A stretch of 63,867 nucleotides of DNA, filler included, from Lama guanicoe (lineage: Eukaryota), in the NCBI GenBank assembly GCA_013239625.1. It is 204 parts of 204 records of this genome, joined end to end, with 100 filler letters (N's around TTAATTAATTAA, not from the genome) between each part and the next. Parts side by side here need not be neighbours in the genome. Positions count along the whole stretch, not along the records: positions 26,295 to 26,507 come from PNXV01037545.1; positions 26,608 to 26,821 come from PNXV01037546.1; positions 26,922 to 27,134 come from PNXV01037547.1; positions 27,235 to 27,448 come from PNXV01037548.1; positions 27,549 to 27,762 come from PNXV01037549.1; positions 27,863 to 28,075 come from PNXV01037550.1; positions 28,176 to 28,389 come from PNXV01037551.1; positions 28,490 to 28,703 come from PNXV01037552.1; 196 more parts are not named here. One strand, written 5' to 3'. Every line of letters begins with the position of its first letter. The first letter of the stretch is position 1. The translations under genes and the position numbers were made by a program. Shown here in pieces: positions 26,195 through 36,866 of this stretch. The notes beneath the pieces were generated by a model. The model had not been told where the DNA came from. It was given only the letters and a program-made list of their open reading frames with translations, and did no database searches.

Positions 26195-27689
26195 NNNNNN
26201 NNNNNNNNNNNNNNNNNNNNNNNNNNNNNNNNNNNNNNTTAATTAATTAANNNNNNNNNNNNNNNNNNNNNNNNNNNNNNNNNNNNNNNNNNNNAACAGG
26301 CACTAACTATGGGTCAGGAGTTGGAACTAAATTCTCTACAAAACAGAAACAGACTCACAGACACAGAAAACAAACTGATGGTATCCAGGGGGCAAAGGAG
26401 GTGGGGAGGATTAAATTGGGAATTTGAACATTGCACCTCTTGAGGAGTGATGGGAATCTCAGCTGTCCTGACCGTGGTGGTGGTTCATGGGTGTGTACAT
26501 CTATCACNNNNNNNNNNNNNNNNNNNNNNNNNNNNNNNNNNNNNNNNNNNNTTAATTAATTAANNNNNNNNNNNNNNNNNNNNNNNNNNNNNNNNNNNNN
26601 NNNNNNNAAAATGAAATAGTTACTACATTTCCTTGAACCCAAGTAGGCGTGGTAGCATGACACGCCACTCACTCTTCTGCGGTTCTCGGACAGAACACAT
26701 TGCCCGTCAAGCCTCTGATCTCACGTTCTCTTATCACTGATCATTTTTACTTTATCCTTATTCAAACATCATCCTAAAATATTTTTTAATACTGCTTTTG
26801 TGTATACATAAGACACATCAGNNNNNNNNNNNNNNNNNNNNNNNNNNNNNNNNNNNNNNNNNNNNTTAATTAATTAANNNNNNNNNNNNNNNNNNNNNNN
26901 NNNNNNNNNNNNNNNNNNNNNTACATGGAGGATGCATTTTTCTGGGAGTCCAATGCTTTAATTATAGCCTCAGTGGAGTCAAATAGTGAAGACCTGCAGA
27001 TGTGGGCTATTGCCTTCGACTCTTTATTCTGTTGTTCAGTAAAGCAAACGGTGGGAGTGAACTTTTCCCTCATGGAATCCAAATGAATAGATCAAATTTT
27101 TCAGATATTTTGACATGGGCTAGTAGTTGATTCCNNNNNNNNNNNNNNNNNNNNNNNNNNNNNNNNNNNNNNNNNNNNTTAATTAATTAANNNNNNNNNN
27201 NNNNNNNNNNNNNNNNNNNNNNNNNNNNNNNNNNGCTGTGCAGCTCTGTCCTCAAACATTTGCAGGGTGATCACAGCACATAGCTGTAGGTGGACGTCCC
27301 TGAGGCCCAATATGTGGGCACAGTGACAAAGTGGGGGAGCACAGGAGTCAGGGAGTGGGCAGTGAGCAGGGTACCTGCTGACATGGCCATACTGGTCCTG
27401 CCTCCATACCCAAGGCGACCCCGTTGCCTCTGGGCAGAGGGATGGGCGNNNNNNNNNNNNNNNNNNNNNNNNNNNNNNNNNNNNNNNNNNNNTTAATTAA
27501 TTAANNNNNNNNNNNNNNNNNNNNNNNNNNNNNNNNNNNNNNNNNNNNCGCCCGCCCGCCGCAGAGCCAGGGAGTCTCCGGAGCCCAGCCCCGTCGATGG
27601 CGCGGCGGGGCCGGGGCCTGGGCCTCGCGGGGCGCCGCAGGCGGCCCGGGCGGCGGAGGGGGCGTGTGCGGGCCGCGGCCGGCGCTCAC

Positions 27690-27704
27690 CTTCCTCTTGG
27701 GCAT
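27690..27704 (-). CDS. HMGN1: HMGN1 coding part of exon 1 (MPKRK), with GC-rich 5' UTR up to 27762
   Basis: The reverse complement is ctctcggcgcgccgcggcccgcaggcacccggcacgcgcccgccccgccgccacgATGCCCAAGAGGAAG|GTGAGC. A 15-nt first coding exon is typical of HMGN genes, and the UTR and codons match recalled HMGN1. Confidence 0.85.
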
Positions 27705-28489
27705 CGTGGCGGCGGGGCGGGCGCGTGCCGGGTGCCTGCGGGCCGCGGCGCGCCGAGAGCCTNNNNNNNNNNNNNNNNNNNNNNNNNNNNNNNNNNNNNN
27801 NNNNNNTTAATTAATTAANNNNNNNNNNNNNNNNNNNNNNNNNNNNNNNNNNNNNNNNNNNNAATGAACATAAATACAAAACAGAAATAGACTCATAGAC
27901 ATAGAATACAACTTGTGGTTGCCAGGCAGGAGCAGGGTGGGAAGGGATAGAGTGGGATTTTGAAATCTGTAGATACTGACAGACATATGCAGAATACATA
28001 AACAAGATTATCCTTTGTAATACAGAGAAATATATACAAGATCTTGTGGTAGCTCACAGTGAAAAATAATGTGACNNNNNNNNNNNNNNNNNNNNNNNNN
28101 NNNNNNNNNNNNNNNNNNNTTAATTAATTAANNNNNNNNNNNNNNNNNNNNNNNNNNNNNNNNNNNNNNNNNNNNTTAGCATGTGGTACACGATGAGGAG
28201 AATCATGATGGCCAAGGCAGGGCTGTGGTGTGTGCCACACAGGTGATGCCACCGAGAGACGGTCACCGTTACGTGGGAGCAAATGCCCTGCTGTTCCCCA
28301 GCTCCCCTCTGCCGGCCACTGTGGATGCACATTTGGGGTTGGCTTTGAGCCTGCCAGGGAGGAGAGTGAAAGGGGTCGTGATGGCAAATNNNNNNNNNNN
28401 NNNNNNNNNNNNNNNNNNNNNNNNNNNNNNNNNTTAATTAATTAANNNNNNNNNNNNNNNNNNNNNNNNNNNNNNNNNNNNNNNNNNNN

Positions 28490-28703
28490 CGGCCTCCCCC
28501 GCCCGCGCCCCCCGCCACGGCCCAAGGCCGCCCCCACCTCGGGGTCCGGCCCCCGGCGCTTACCTGGGAACGGTGGCCTCCGACGCCGCTCCCCCCTCCC
28601 GGGAATGGAGGCACAAGGAAATTCCCCTCCTAGCCGCCGCCACCGCCTCCAACCACCCCCAAAATAACCCCTCCGGGGGGTGAGAGGCAATTATCCCTCC
28701 GGC
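28490..28703 (-). promoter_or_regulatory. CpG-island non-coding first exon with donor CCCAG|GTAAGC (exon ends at 28564); possibly TBL1XR1
   Basis: The contig is CpG-rich with a strong donor and GGGAATTTCC at 28617-28626 (-). The exon text ggggaatttccttgtgcctccattcccgggaggggggagcggcg..ggaggccaccgtt resembles my recollection of the TBL1XR1 5' UTR (unverified). Confidence 0.55.
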
Positions 28704-30136
28704 NNNNNNNNNNNNNNNNNNNNNNNNNNNNNNNNNNNNNNNNNNNNTTAATTAATTAANNNNNNNNNNNNNNNNNNNNNNNNNNNNNNNNNNNNNNNNN
28801 NNNGGAACTAGAGCAGTATCATTACTCACAGTTCCTGGAGGCAGAGCGGCTCTGTGCTGCCTCCTGGCACAGCCTGGCACAGCCGTCTTCCTACGAACTC
28901 CATTCCGTCGCGCTGGGTGAGGGCGGTTTGCACGCTCGCTTCCCCTTCAGGTGCGTGGCAGGCGGAGATCAGACCACCCTTCTCGTGGCCGCCACGTGGT
29001 CGGGGACTGTCTCAGACNNNNNNNNNNNNNNNNNNNNNNNNNNNNNNNNNNNNNNNNNNNNTTAATTAATTAANNNNNNNNNNNNNNNNNNNNNNNNNNN
29101 NNNNNNNNNNNNNNNNNACAAACCCAAGTTCCAGGTCTGGAACAAGTAGACACCAGGGCAGACTACTGCCAGGTAGAAGGCAACATTTACCTTCAGGAAT
29201 TTGGGCTCAGAAATGGAACATCAATCTTCAGAGGATGAAGGATAAGGTGTTATCCTACTCTTGGAGAAGATTCCTTGGAACAACGGCTAATAGCCAGCTG
29301 GAACTGGGGCTCATGGCAAAGGCTTGGCCAGNNNNNNNNNNNNNNNNNNNNNNNNNNNNNNNNNNNNNNNNNNNNTTAATTAATTAANNNNNNNNNNNNN
29401 NNNNNNNNNNNNNNNNNNNNNNNNNNNNNNNGGTTCTTCTGAGCTTCTACCTTCTGTTCTTGTCCTTTGATCTTATCTGCTATTCAAAACCATGCTGCAC
29501 ATCTTCCTTGTACAAAGGTATTAGGATCATTCTGATACCAAAGATATCAGACAAATGAGCAAATCCAGCTGTCCAATTCACCTCTTTAACAAGACAGGAC
29601 CCAACAAGTTTCTTATCTCCCAGAAACATTAAGGGTTTGTTCCATNNNNNNNNNNNNNNNNNNNNNNNNNNNNNNNNNNNNNNNNNNNNTTAATTAATTA
29701 ANNNNNNNNNNNNNNNNNNNNNNNNNNNNNNNNNNNNNNNNNNNNATGTTGTAAATCAGCGATACTTCAATTTAAAAAAAAGGAAAAAAAATCATCTTTA
29801 TCTGTATGTGACCCTAAAATTTCATCTCAAATGGAGCCACAGTACTAGATATTGATCAGATCCTTTTCAAAGCTTAGGTCATTCATCCAAATATTTAAAG
29901 GTCTTTCACGATCACAGTATGTCTTGTCACTGACGTAATGCCTACAAATAGAAACAAATNNNNNNNNNNNNNNNNNNNNNNNNNNNNNNNNNNNNNNNNN
30001 NNNTTAATTAATTAANNNNNNNNNNNNNNNNNNNNNNNNNNNNNNNNNNNNNNNNNNNNGACAGAGTGACCCACTCCAGTTTCCCTGGGCACAGGGTCTC
30101 CCCACCTCTCTCTTTGGGGTGGACCCCAGCACTCAC

Positions 30137-30271
30137 CTCCTTGTCCCTGCAGGCAGCATCCAAGGAGACCGCAGCATGACCCCAGTGCTCACCCTGGCCA
30201 CACTCCTGGCAGATGCACTGCCCATCGGGGCAGCAGAAGGCGACCAGCAGGCGGCGGTGGGCCAGGCAGAC
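30137..30271 (-). CDS. TRIM16: TRIM16-like B-box exon, 3' part
   Basis: [45 protein letters not shown] followed by the donor |GTGAGT; compare recalled TRIM16 [43 protein letters not shown]. Confidence 0.85.
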
Positions 30272-30373
30272 GTNNNNNNNNNNNNNNNNNNNNNNNNNNN
30301 NNNNNNNNNNNNNNNNNTTAATTAATTAANNNNNNNNNNNNNNNNNNNNNNNNNNNNNNNNNNNNNNNNNNNN

Positions 30374-30587
30374 TGATTGAGTAACTGGGGACCACAGTCT
30401 AGCCATATTGACATAAAAAATTAATGATTGCAGTTCACCTCTTGTGAGTTCAGCACTCATGCACGTCTAATCCACATCTGATCTGCAAAGAAAGACAGTA
30501 ACAAAGCCAACTTCCACTGAACATGATACAACTTTTCAACAGATAACCAGGAACATGCTAAAGTTCTCCCCAGAAAGTGATTCAGAA
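30374..30587 (-). mobile_element. ERVL internal region / MLT2 LTR junction
   Basis: ctagccatattgacataaaaaattaatgattgca (MLT2 start, reverse strand) followed by gttcacctcttgt...aaagacagtaacaa...aacatgatacaac (ERVL-int 3' end). Confidence 0.65.
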
Positions 30588-31335
30588 NNNNNNNNNNNNN
30601 NNNNNNNNNNNNNNNNNNNNNNNNNNNNNNNTTAATTAATTAANNNNNNNNNNNNNNNNNNNNNNNNNNNNNNNNNNNNNNNNNNNNAGGATGTGAAGCC
30701 TGAAAAAGTCTGAGGGCACAGTGGCTGTCTTTAAACGTCTAAAGGGCTGTGGGGTGGAGACAGCCTCAGGCCACTGTACCCCAGTGTAAGGGCCCTCGGA
30801 GCTGCAGGGATCTCACCCCACACATGTGGGCCCTGAGGCAGTGGGAGGCCAACCCCCTCAGTCAGAGCCTGGGAGGGAGGGAGGAAGAGGCCAGTGAGGG
30901 CNNNNNNNNNNNNNNNNNNNNNNNNNNNNNNNNNNNNNNNNNNNNTTAATTAATTAANNNNNNNNNNNNNNNNNNNNNNNNNNNNNNNNNNNNNNNNNNN
31001 NGTCTTTAAGGCAGCACACTTTCGATTTCCAATACCTACTCTGTATCCATTACGGTGCCATGGATGTCAAGTCTCTCTGCTATGATAGAGTGTATGCACA
31101 AACTTTTGAATGAGAAGAAAGTACTATCCTAAAGAAAAACACTGGCAAGTAGCCACTGTGAAGAGTAAAACAAGGAGCAGACCATATCAGCCCACAGACA
31201 AATCCAGTCCCCTTCNNNNNNNNNNNNNNNNNNNNNNNNNNNNNNNNNNNNNNNNNNNNTTAATTAATTAANNNNNNNNNNNNNNNNNNNNNNNNNNNNN
31301 NNNNNNNNNNNNNNNCCCCGCGCCGCCAGCCTCAC

Positions 31336-31432
31336 CCGGTCGGAGCTGGAGGCCGCCGTCGCGGCGGCTGCACCACAGCGCGCGCTCGCCTTGCTGCAGG
31401 ATGTAGTGGTCCTTGGCTTGGAAGAGCTCCAT
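31336..31432 (-). CDS. INPP5F: INPP5F (SAC2 phosphoinositide phosphatase), coding part of exon 1
   Basis: MELFQAKDHYILQQGERALWCSRRDGGLQLRP plus one G (97 nt), then the donor |GTGAGG, in a CpG island. The ORF track misses it because it is short. Confidence 0.95.
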
Positions 31433-31491
31433 GCCGGCCCCGGGCGCTGAAAGAGGCGGCGGCGGCGACCCGGGCGCGCCCGCGACTCCGC

Positions 31492-31529
31492 GGCCCCCTG
31501 GCCCCTTGGCCCCTTGGCCCCTTGGCCCC
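31492..31529 (-). repeat. 8-nt tandem repeat, about 5 units of GGGGCCAA, upstream of the INPP5F ATG
   Basis: The plus strand reads ggccccct ggcccctt ggcccctt ggcccctt ggcccc and is cut off by the contig end. Confidence 0.9.
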
Positions 31530-33513
31530 NNNNNNNNNNNNNNNNNNNNNNNNNNNNNNNNNNNNNNNNNNNNTTAATTAATTAANNNNNNNNNNNNNNN
31601 NNNNNNNNNNNNNNNNNNNNNNNNNNNNNGTCATTCTCCACCTCAAATTCCACCTTTAAACCTTAGGAATTTTTTCTCGTTGGCCCAATTCTGTCACAAG
31701 ACATGAGGTTCGGGGGTTGAGCCTGAGCTCCAGCCCCTAACCGTCCTTCCTGGTGGCCAATGGTGCTGTCCCTGACTGCATGTCCCTCCTCTGCGCCATC
31801 CCAGGGCAAAAGTGGATCAACAGTGAAGAGGAATGAAGCCTGGNNNNNNNNNNNNNNNNNNNNNNNNNNNNNNNNNNNNNNNNNNNNTTAATTAATTAAN
31901 NNNNNNNNNNNNNNNNNNNNNNNNNNNNNNNNNNNNNNNNNNNTGATAGCTTAGAAGAGTTTATGATATTCATCAAATATCCAACTTCCAGAAAGTAAGT
32001 AGAGAAAAATCAGATTCACTGAAGGGTCTCCTGTCAGAAATCAAGGATGATCCCCCACAGCACACATTTTCTCCAGCGGGCGCTCTGTGCTATGACCACT
32101 CACAGGGTGCCGATGTCCCTTCATCTCTTAGTTCTTGCTGTGGTATTTAAACATTTGNNNNNNNNNNNNNNNNNNNNNNNNNNNNNNNNNNNNNNNNNNN
32201 NTTAATTAATTAANNNNNNNNNNNNNNNNNNNNNNNNNNNNNNNNNNNNNNNNNNNNTGGTTTGGTCATTTTCCTTTGTATTTTCATGAATTTTATTTAG
32301 TTTTAGTGATACCCTGATATGTTTTTTTCTTCTTGTTACCCTTTTAATAACTCTTTTAAAGAACTACAATAACTGCTTTTATTAAACTGATAGCAACATG
32401 GTCTCAAACCCATCCTCCTGAGAACAAAAAATTTTAAAACGAAAGACCAAAAAAAAAAAATTCTCTATTTTNNNNNNNNNNNNNNNNNNNNNNNNNNNNN
32501 NNNNNNNNNNNNNNNTTAATTAATTAANNNNNNNNNNNNNNNNNNNNNNNNNNNNNNNNNNNNNNNNNNNNTCAAAAACCCCCACTTCCTGAACATATCT
32601 GGACACTGAACAGCATGTGTCCTATTTCATGTGCAGTGGGGTCTTCACCTGCGACACAGAGGTGATCGGCTGGGTGCTCGCCTTCGCCGCCATTCAGTAC
32701 TCCTCTCATGAAAAGCAGCCTGTCGTGAGACAGATTCATGTGTTTCAAATCAAATAAAAAGTATCTGACTGTCCCAAGAAGGTTTNNNNNNNNNNNNNNN
32801 NNNNNNNNNNNNNNNNNNNNNNNNNNNNNTTAATTAATTAANNNNNNNNNNNNNNNNNNNNNNNNNNNNNNNNNNNNNNNNNNNNCTGTATGATTTTTAG
32901 AATCACTAGATGATTTTTCTAAGGACAAGTGTCTTCTGAAACTTAAAAAAAAGGGAAACTAAATCTAGGTTCTTGGCAAGGAGAATTCAGTTGTAAAAGT
33001 AAGTTTTACATTGTTAAGCTCATTATGGACATGTCTTTTGTTTACTGTTGTCTATCATTTCTGCATATATGAATATGCATAGGTTCTACAATATAAGTGN
33101 NNNNNNNNNNNNNNNNNNNNNNNNNNNNNNNNNNNNNNNNNNNTTAATTAATTAANNNNNNNNNNNNNNNNNNNNNNNNNNNNNNNNNNNNNNNNNNNNT
33201 TGCATTAGTAAATAAATATCCTCGTTTCTTCTCACTGCATAGCCCCCACACCACATGGCTTTGAGGGTCAGGAAAGTAAAGATAAGCAGTCATCTAGGGT
33301 CACATAATGACAATGTTTATTTGGGTATATGGATATTCATTTATTATTCTCTATTTCTTTTTATAAAAATGAAATATTTTCTAATAAATTATGAGAATGT
33401 ATGTAACAGCATTNNNNNNNNNNNNNNNNNNNNNNNNNNNNNNNNNNNNNNNNNNNNTTAATTAATTAANNNNNNNNNNNNNNNNNNNNNNNNNNNNNNN
33501 NNNNNNNNNNNNN

Positions 33514-33727
33514 AAGGGCAAGGGGTGTGGCTGGTTGTTGCAGACCTCTTAGTGCCCAAATCGTTTCTTCTTGAAGCTGTCCACATAGAACTGGTCACAA
33601 TGTTCCTTTAAGCCTCCAACAAGACAATCATTATTTCCTGTTCTGCAACTTTTTAATCTATACGAAGGAGAAGTGTTGTACCTTTAAAGGTCAAGGCTGG
33701 GAGGCTGGGCCTTGAGAAAGGGCTGTC
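33514..33727. mobile_element. ERV1-type LTR fragment
   Basis: gctgtccaca...ggtcacaatgttcctttaagcctccaacaagaca...ctgttctgcaactttt resembles recalled laurasiatherian ERV1 LTRs. Confidence 0.5.
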
Positions 33728-36652
33728 NNNNNNNNNNNNNNNNNNNNNNNNNNNNNNNNNNNNNNNNNNNNTTAATTAATTAANNNNNNNNNNNNNNNNN
33801 NNNNNNNNNNNNNNNNNNNNNNNNNNNCAGGCTCCCAAGGGGAGCAGCCCCCTTGGGGAGCAGCTGCTGGGAGACTTATACCCAGTGCTCCTGGCTGCCA
33901 CTGCCAGGACTCTCCCACCCCCCCTGTTGCTCAGAGTGAACTCCACCACCAGTAACCTCTGCGTCCCGTGGTGACGTCTGCTGTGAGACACGTCTGTGGC
34001 TGTGACTTGTGCTATATGATTATGTGCATTATGGCTTTTTCNNNNNNNNNNNNNNNNNNNNNNNNNNNNNNNNNNNNNNNNNNNNTTAATTAATTAANNN
34101 NNNNNNNNNNNNNNNNNNNNNNNNNNNNNNNNNNNNNNNNNCTTCCTGTTCCAGACTTTTTAAAAGTAAAATAACGTCTGCCTTTTGGGGAAAAGTGGAA
34201 AACAGCATCAGAGGGCGTCACTGTGGCCGTGGAGCGTGTCCTGAGCTCTGACTGTGCCACCAAAGGCGCGTTGTGCGCCTCCTGCGCTCACTTCACTGTG
34301 GGCGTTGTGGGGTTGGAGGAACCGTGCGGGGTGCCCTCGGGGGCCCCTGAGAGGANNNNNNNNNNNNNNNNNNNNNNNNNNNNNNNNNNNNNNNNNNNNT
34401 TAATTAATTAANNNNNNNNNNNNNNNNNNNNNNNNNNNNNNNNNNNNNNNNNNNNGGGGGCGGGCTTCCTGGTGCAGGCTGAAGGTGGGGAAACCTTGTC
34501 TAGAAACTTCAGTTTAAAATGTCATCCTAAAACATGTATTTTTAGGGGGAACCTTTGCTTTTTGCTATGTTTAGAGTGCTTAATTAATATTTTAAATATA
34601 TTTGAAAATAAAGATGCTTTCCACATACTTGGACTCTGTTGCTTAGACTAAATAGTTGTTAATTAACATNNNNNNNNNNNNNNNNNNNNNNNNNNNNNNN
34701 NNNNNNNNNNNNNTTAATTAATTAANNNNNNNNNNNNNNNNNNNNNNNNNNNNNNNNNNNNNNNNNNNNGCCCTACCTGCATCCCATCTTCTCCCCTTCC
34801 CCTCCCCACCTTCAGGGCCATTTAGAACTTCCGCCACACCTGTGCACAGGTCTTCCCTGGGCCCGGAAAGCCCTGGCCCTGCTTCTCTGCCAGTCAAAAT
34901 CCTAATCACTCTCCACTTGATTCAGCTGTCACCACCTCTGTAAAACCTGTTCTACCCTCTGATCGGCAGCAGCGGCCTCCTCCNNNNNNNNNNNNNNNNN
35001 NNNNNNNNNNNNNNNNNNNNNNNNNNNTTAATTAATTAANNNNNNNNNNNNNNNNNNNNNNNNNNNNNNNNNNNNNNNNNNNNTTGTTTTCCAGCTGATG
35101 AAGAGGCAGATTCTGAAAAGTGGGGCAGACGCTGGCCACAGACACTAGTTAACGCTCACACAGGAACACAGCCGTTAGAGGTGGCATCCTGGACTTGTTC
35201 TGGGTGATGACTGTCACAGTTGACCCAGCTGGAGGGAGACAGACAGACGCATCTCCGCGCAGAGGCCCCGGAAGTGCTCCGGGTTCAGAGACAGATCNNN
35301 NNNNNNNNNNNNNNNNNNNNNNNNNNNNNNNNNNNNNNNNNTTAATTAATTAANNNNNNNNNNNNNNNNNNNNNNNNNNNNNNNNNNNNNNNNNNNNTTA
35401 GAACAAGAATTCTCCTAAGCAGAGACCAGAGTTCTGTAACTGCTTTCTCCTGAACATAGTATCAGCACTAATGGACAGAAAGATGATGTTCCTTTTGACA
35501 GTCTTAGTAAAGGGAGTGGTAATTTTTTTTGAAGTATATTTCATGTACCTATTTGTAAAGACAGTGTCAAATCAAAGCCTTTCTCCTGTTGCCCTGCTCC
35601 TACCCCATCCCNNNNNNNNNNNNNNNNNNNNNNNNNNNNNNNNNNNNNNNNNNNNTTAATTAATTAANNNNNNNNNNNNNNNNNNNNNNNNNNNNNNNNN
35701 NNNNNNNNNNNAATTCCAATCTAAGTGAAAGGGATCTTAGACGACTACAGGTCAGGGCTTCTTTGGGAAGAGAGTTGGAAAAGCTCAAATCATCCAGCTC
35801 CTTGAGTTGGTATCAAGATCAATTAAGGATAAATGAGCAAACATCTCAGTTTTCGATGCCTGAAATTTGTCAGGCGTTTTAAAGTTAGAGTAGTAGCACG
35901 TTGGAGTAGTGATGAAGAATAAGACNNNNNNNNNNNNNNNNNNNNNNNNNNNNNNNNNNNNNNNNNNNNTTAATTAATTAANNNNNNNNNNNNNNNNNNN
36001 NNNNNNNNNNNNNNNNNNNNNNNNNCAACAGCAGTGTTTGCATTGGTTTTAAGTTGCTTTTCTATGTCATCTTCAGATCAAGACATTTCTGTTCTCCTGT
36101 TTTGCAGTCACTCACGTGTTCGACCGCATTATCTAGTCAGCTTAGGACTGACTTTACCCCTGCTATTATCTCATCCGTCAAGTTTTCTGATTTATTTGGC
36201 TCATGTTAAATTTTCTCTTCCCCTTTTCTAGTATTCTATNNNNNNNNNNNNNNNNNNNNNNNNNNNNNNNNNNNNNNNNNNNNTTAATTAATTAANNNNN
36301 NNNNNNNNNNNNNNNNNNNNNNNNNNNNNNNNNNNNNNNAGTATTCCATTGTATAAATATACCACAGCTTCTTTATCCAGTCATCTGGAAATTTAGCTTG
36401 CAAAGGGGTGGGTACAGGGGGACAGGGAACAGGTGTAGAAAACTCTGCATTTGCTTTGTCCTGTTCAAAGGAGGGTCATGGAAGGATGGGCTGAATGAGA
36501 GTTCCTTGGTTTTCAACTTCCCTGGCGCCCCGAGCACCAGAAGCCGGATGCCNNNNNNNNNNNNNNNNNNNNNNNNNNNNNNNNNNNNNNNNNNNNTTAA
36601 TTAATTAANNNNNNNNNNNNNNNNNNNNNNNNNNNNNNNNNNNNNNNNNNNN

Positions 36653-36866
36653 CAAAATAAGAAAGGAAAATGGAAAAATTACAACAAATAACATAGAAAT
36701 AGAGACTATCATATGAGAATATTATAAAACTATATGGAACCAAAATGGATAACCTAGAGGAGGTGGACAAATTTCTGGAAACATACAGTCCACCAAGACA
36801 ATCAAGAAGAAACTGAGCACTTGAACAAACCGATCACTAGAAATGAAATTGAATTAGCAATAAAAA
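36653..36866 (+). mobile_element. LINE-1 ORF2 fragment
   Basis: Encodes LYGTKMDNLEEVDKFLETY..P and then NQEETEHLNKPITRNEIELAIK, with frameshifts between. Confidence 0.9.

Noticed and set aside
26922..27134. Possible ERV env or other coding fragment (…STEAIIKALDSQ…)
   Set aside because: There is an upstream in-frame stop and no diagnostic LQNR or CX6CC motif, so it cannot be supported.
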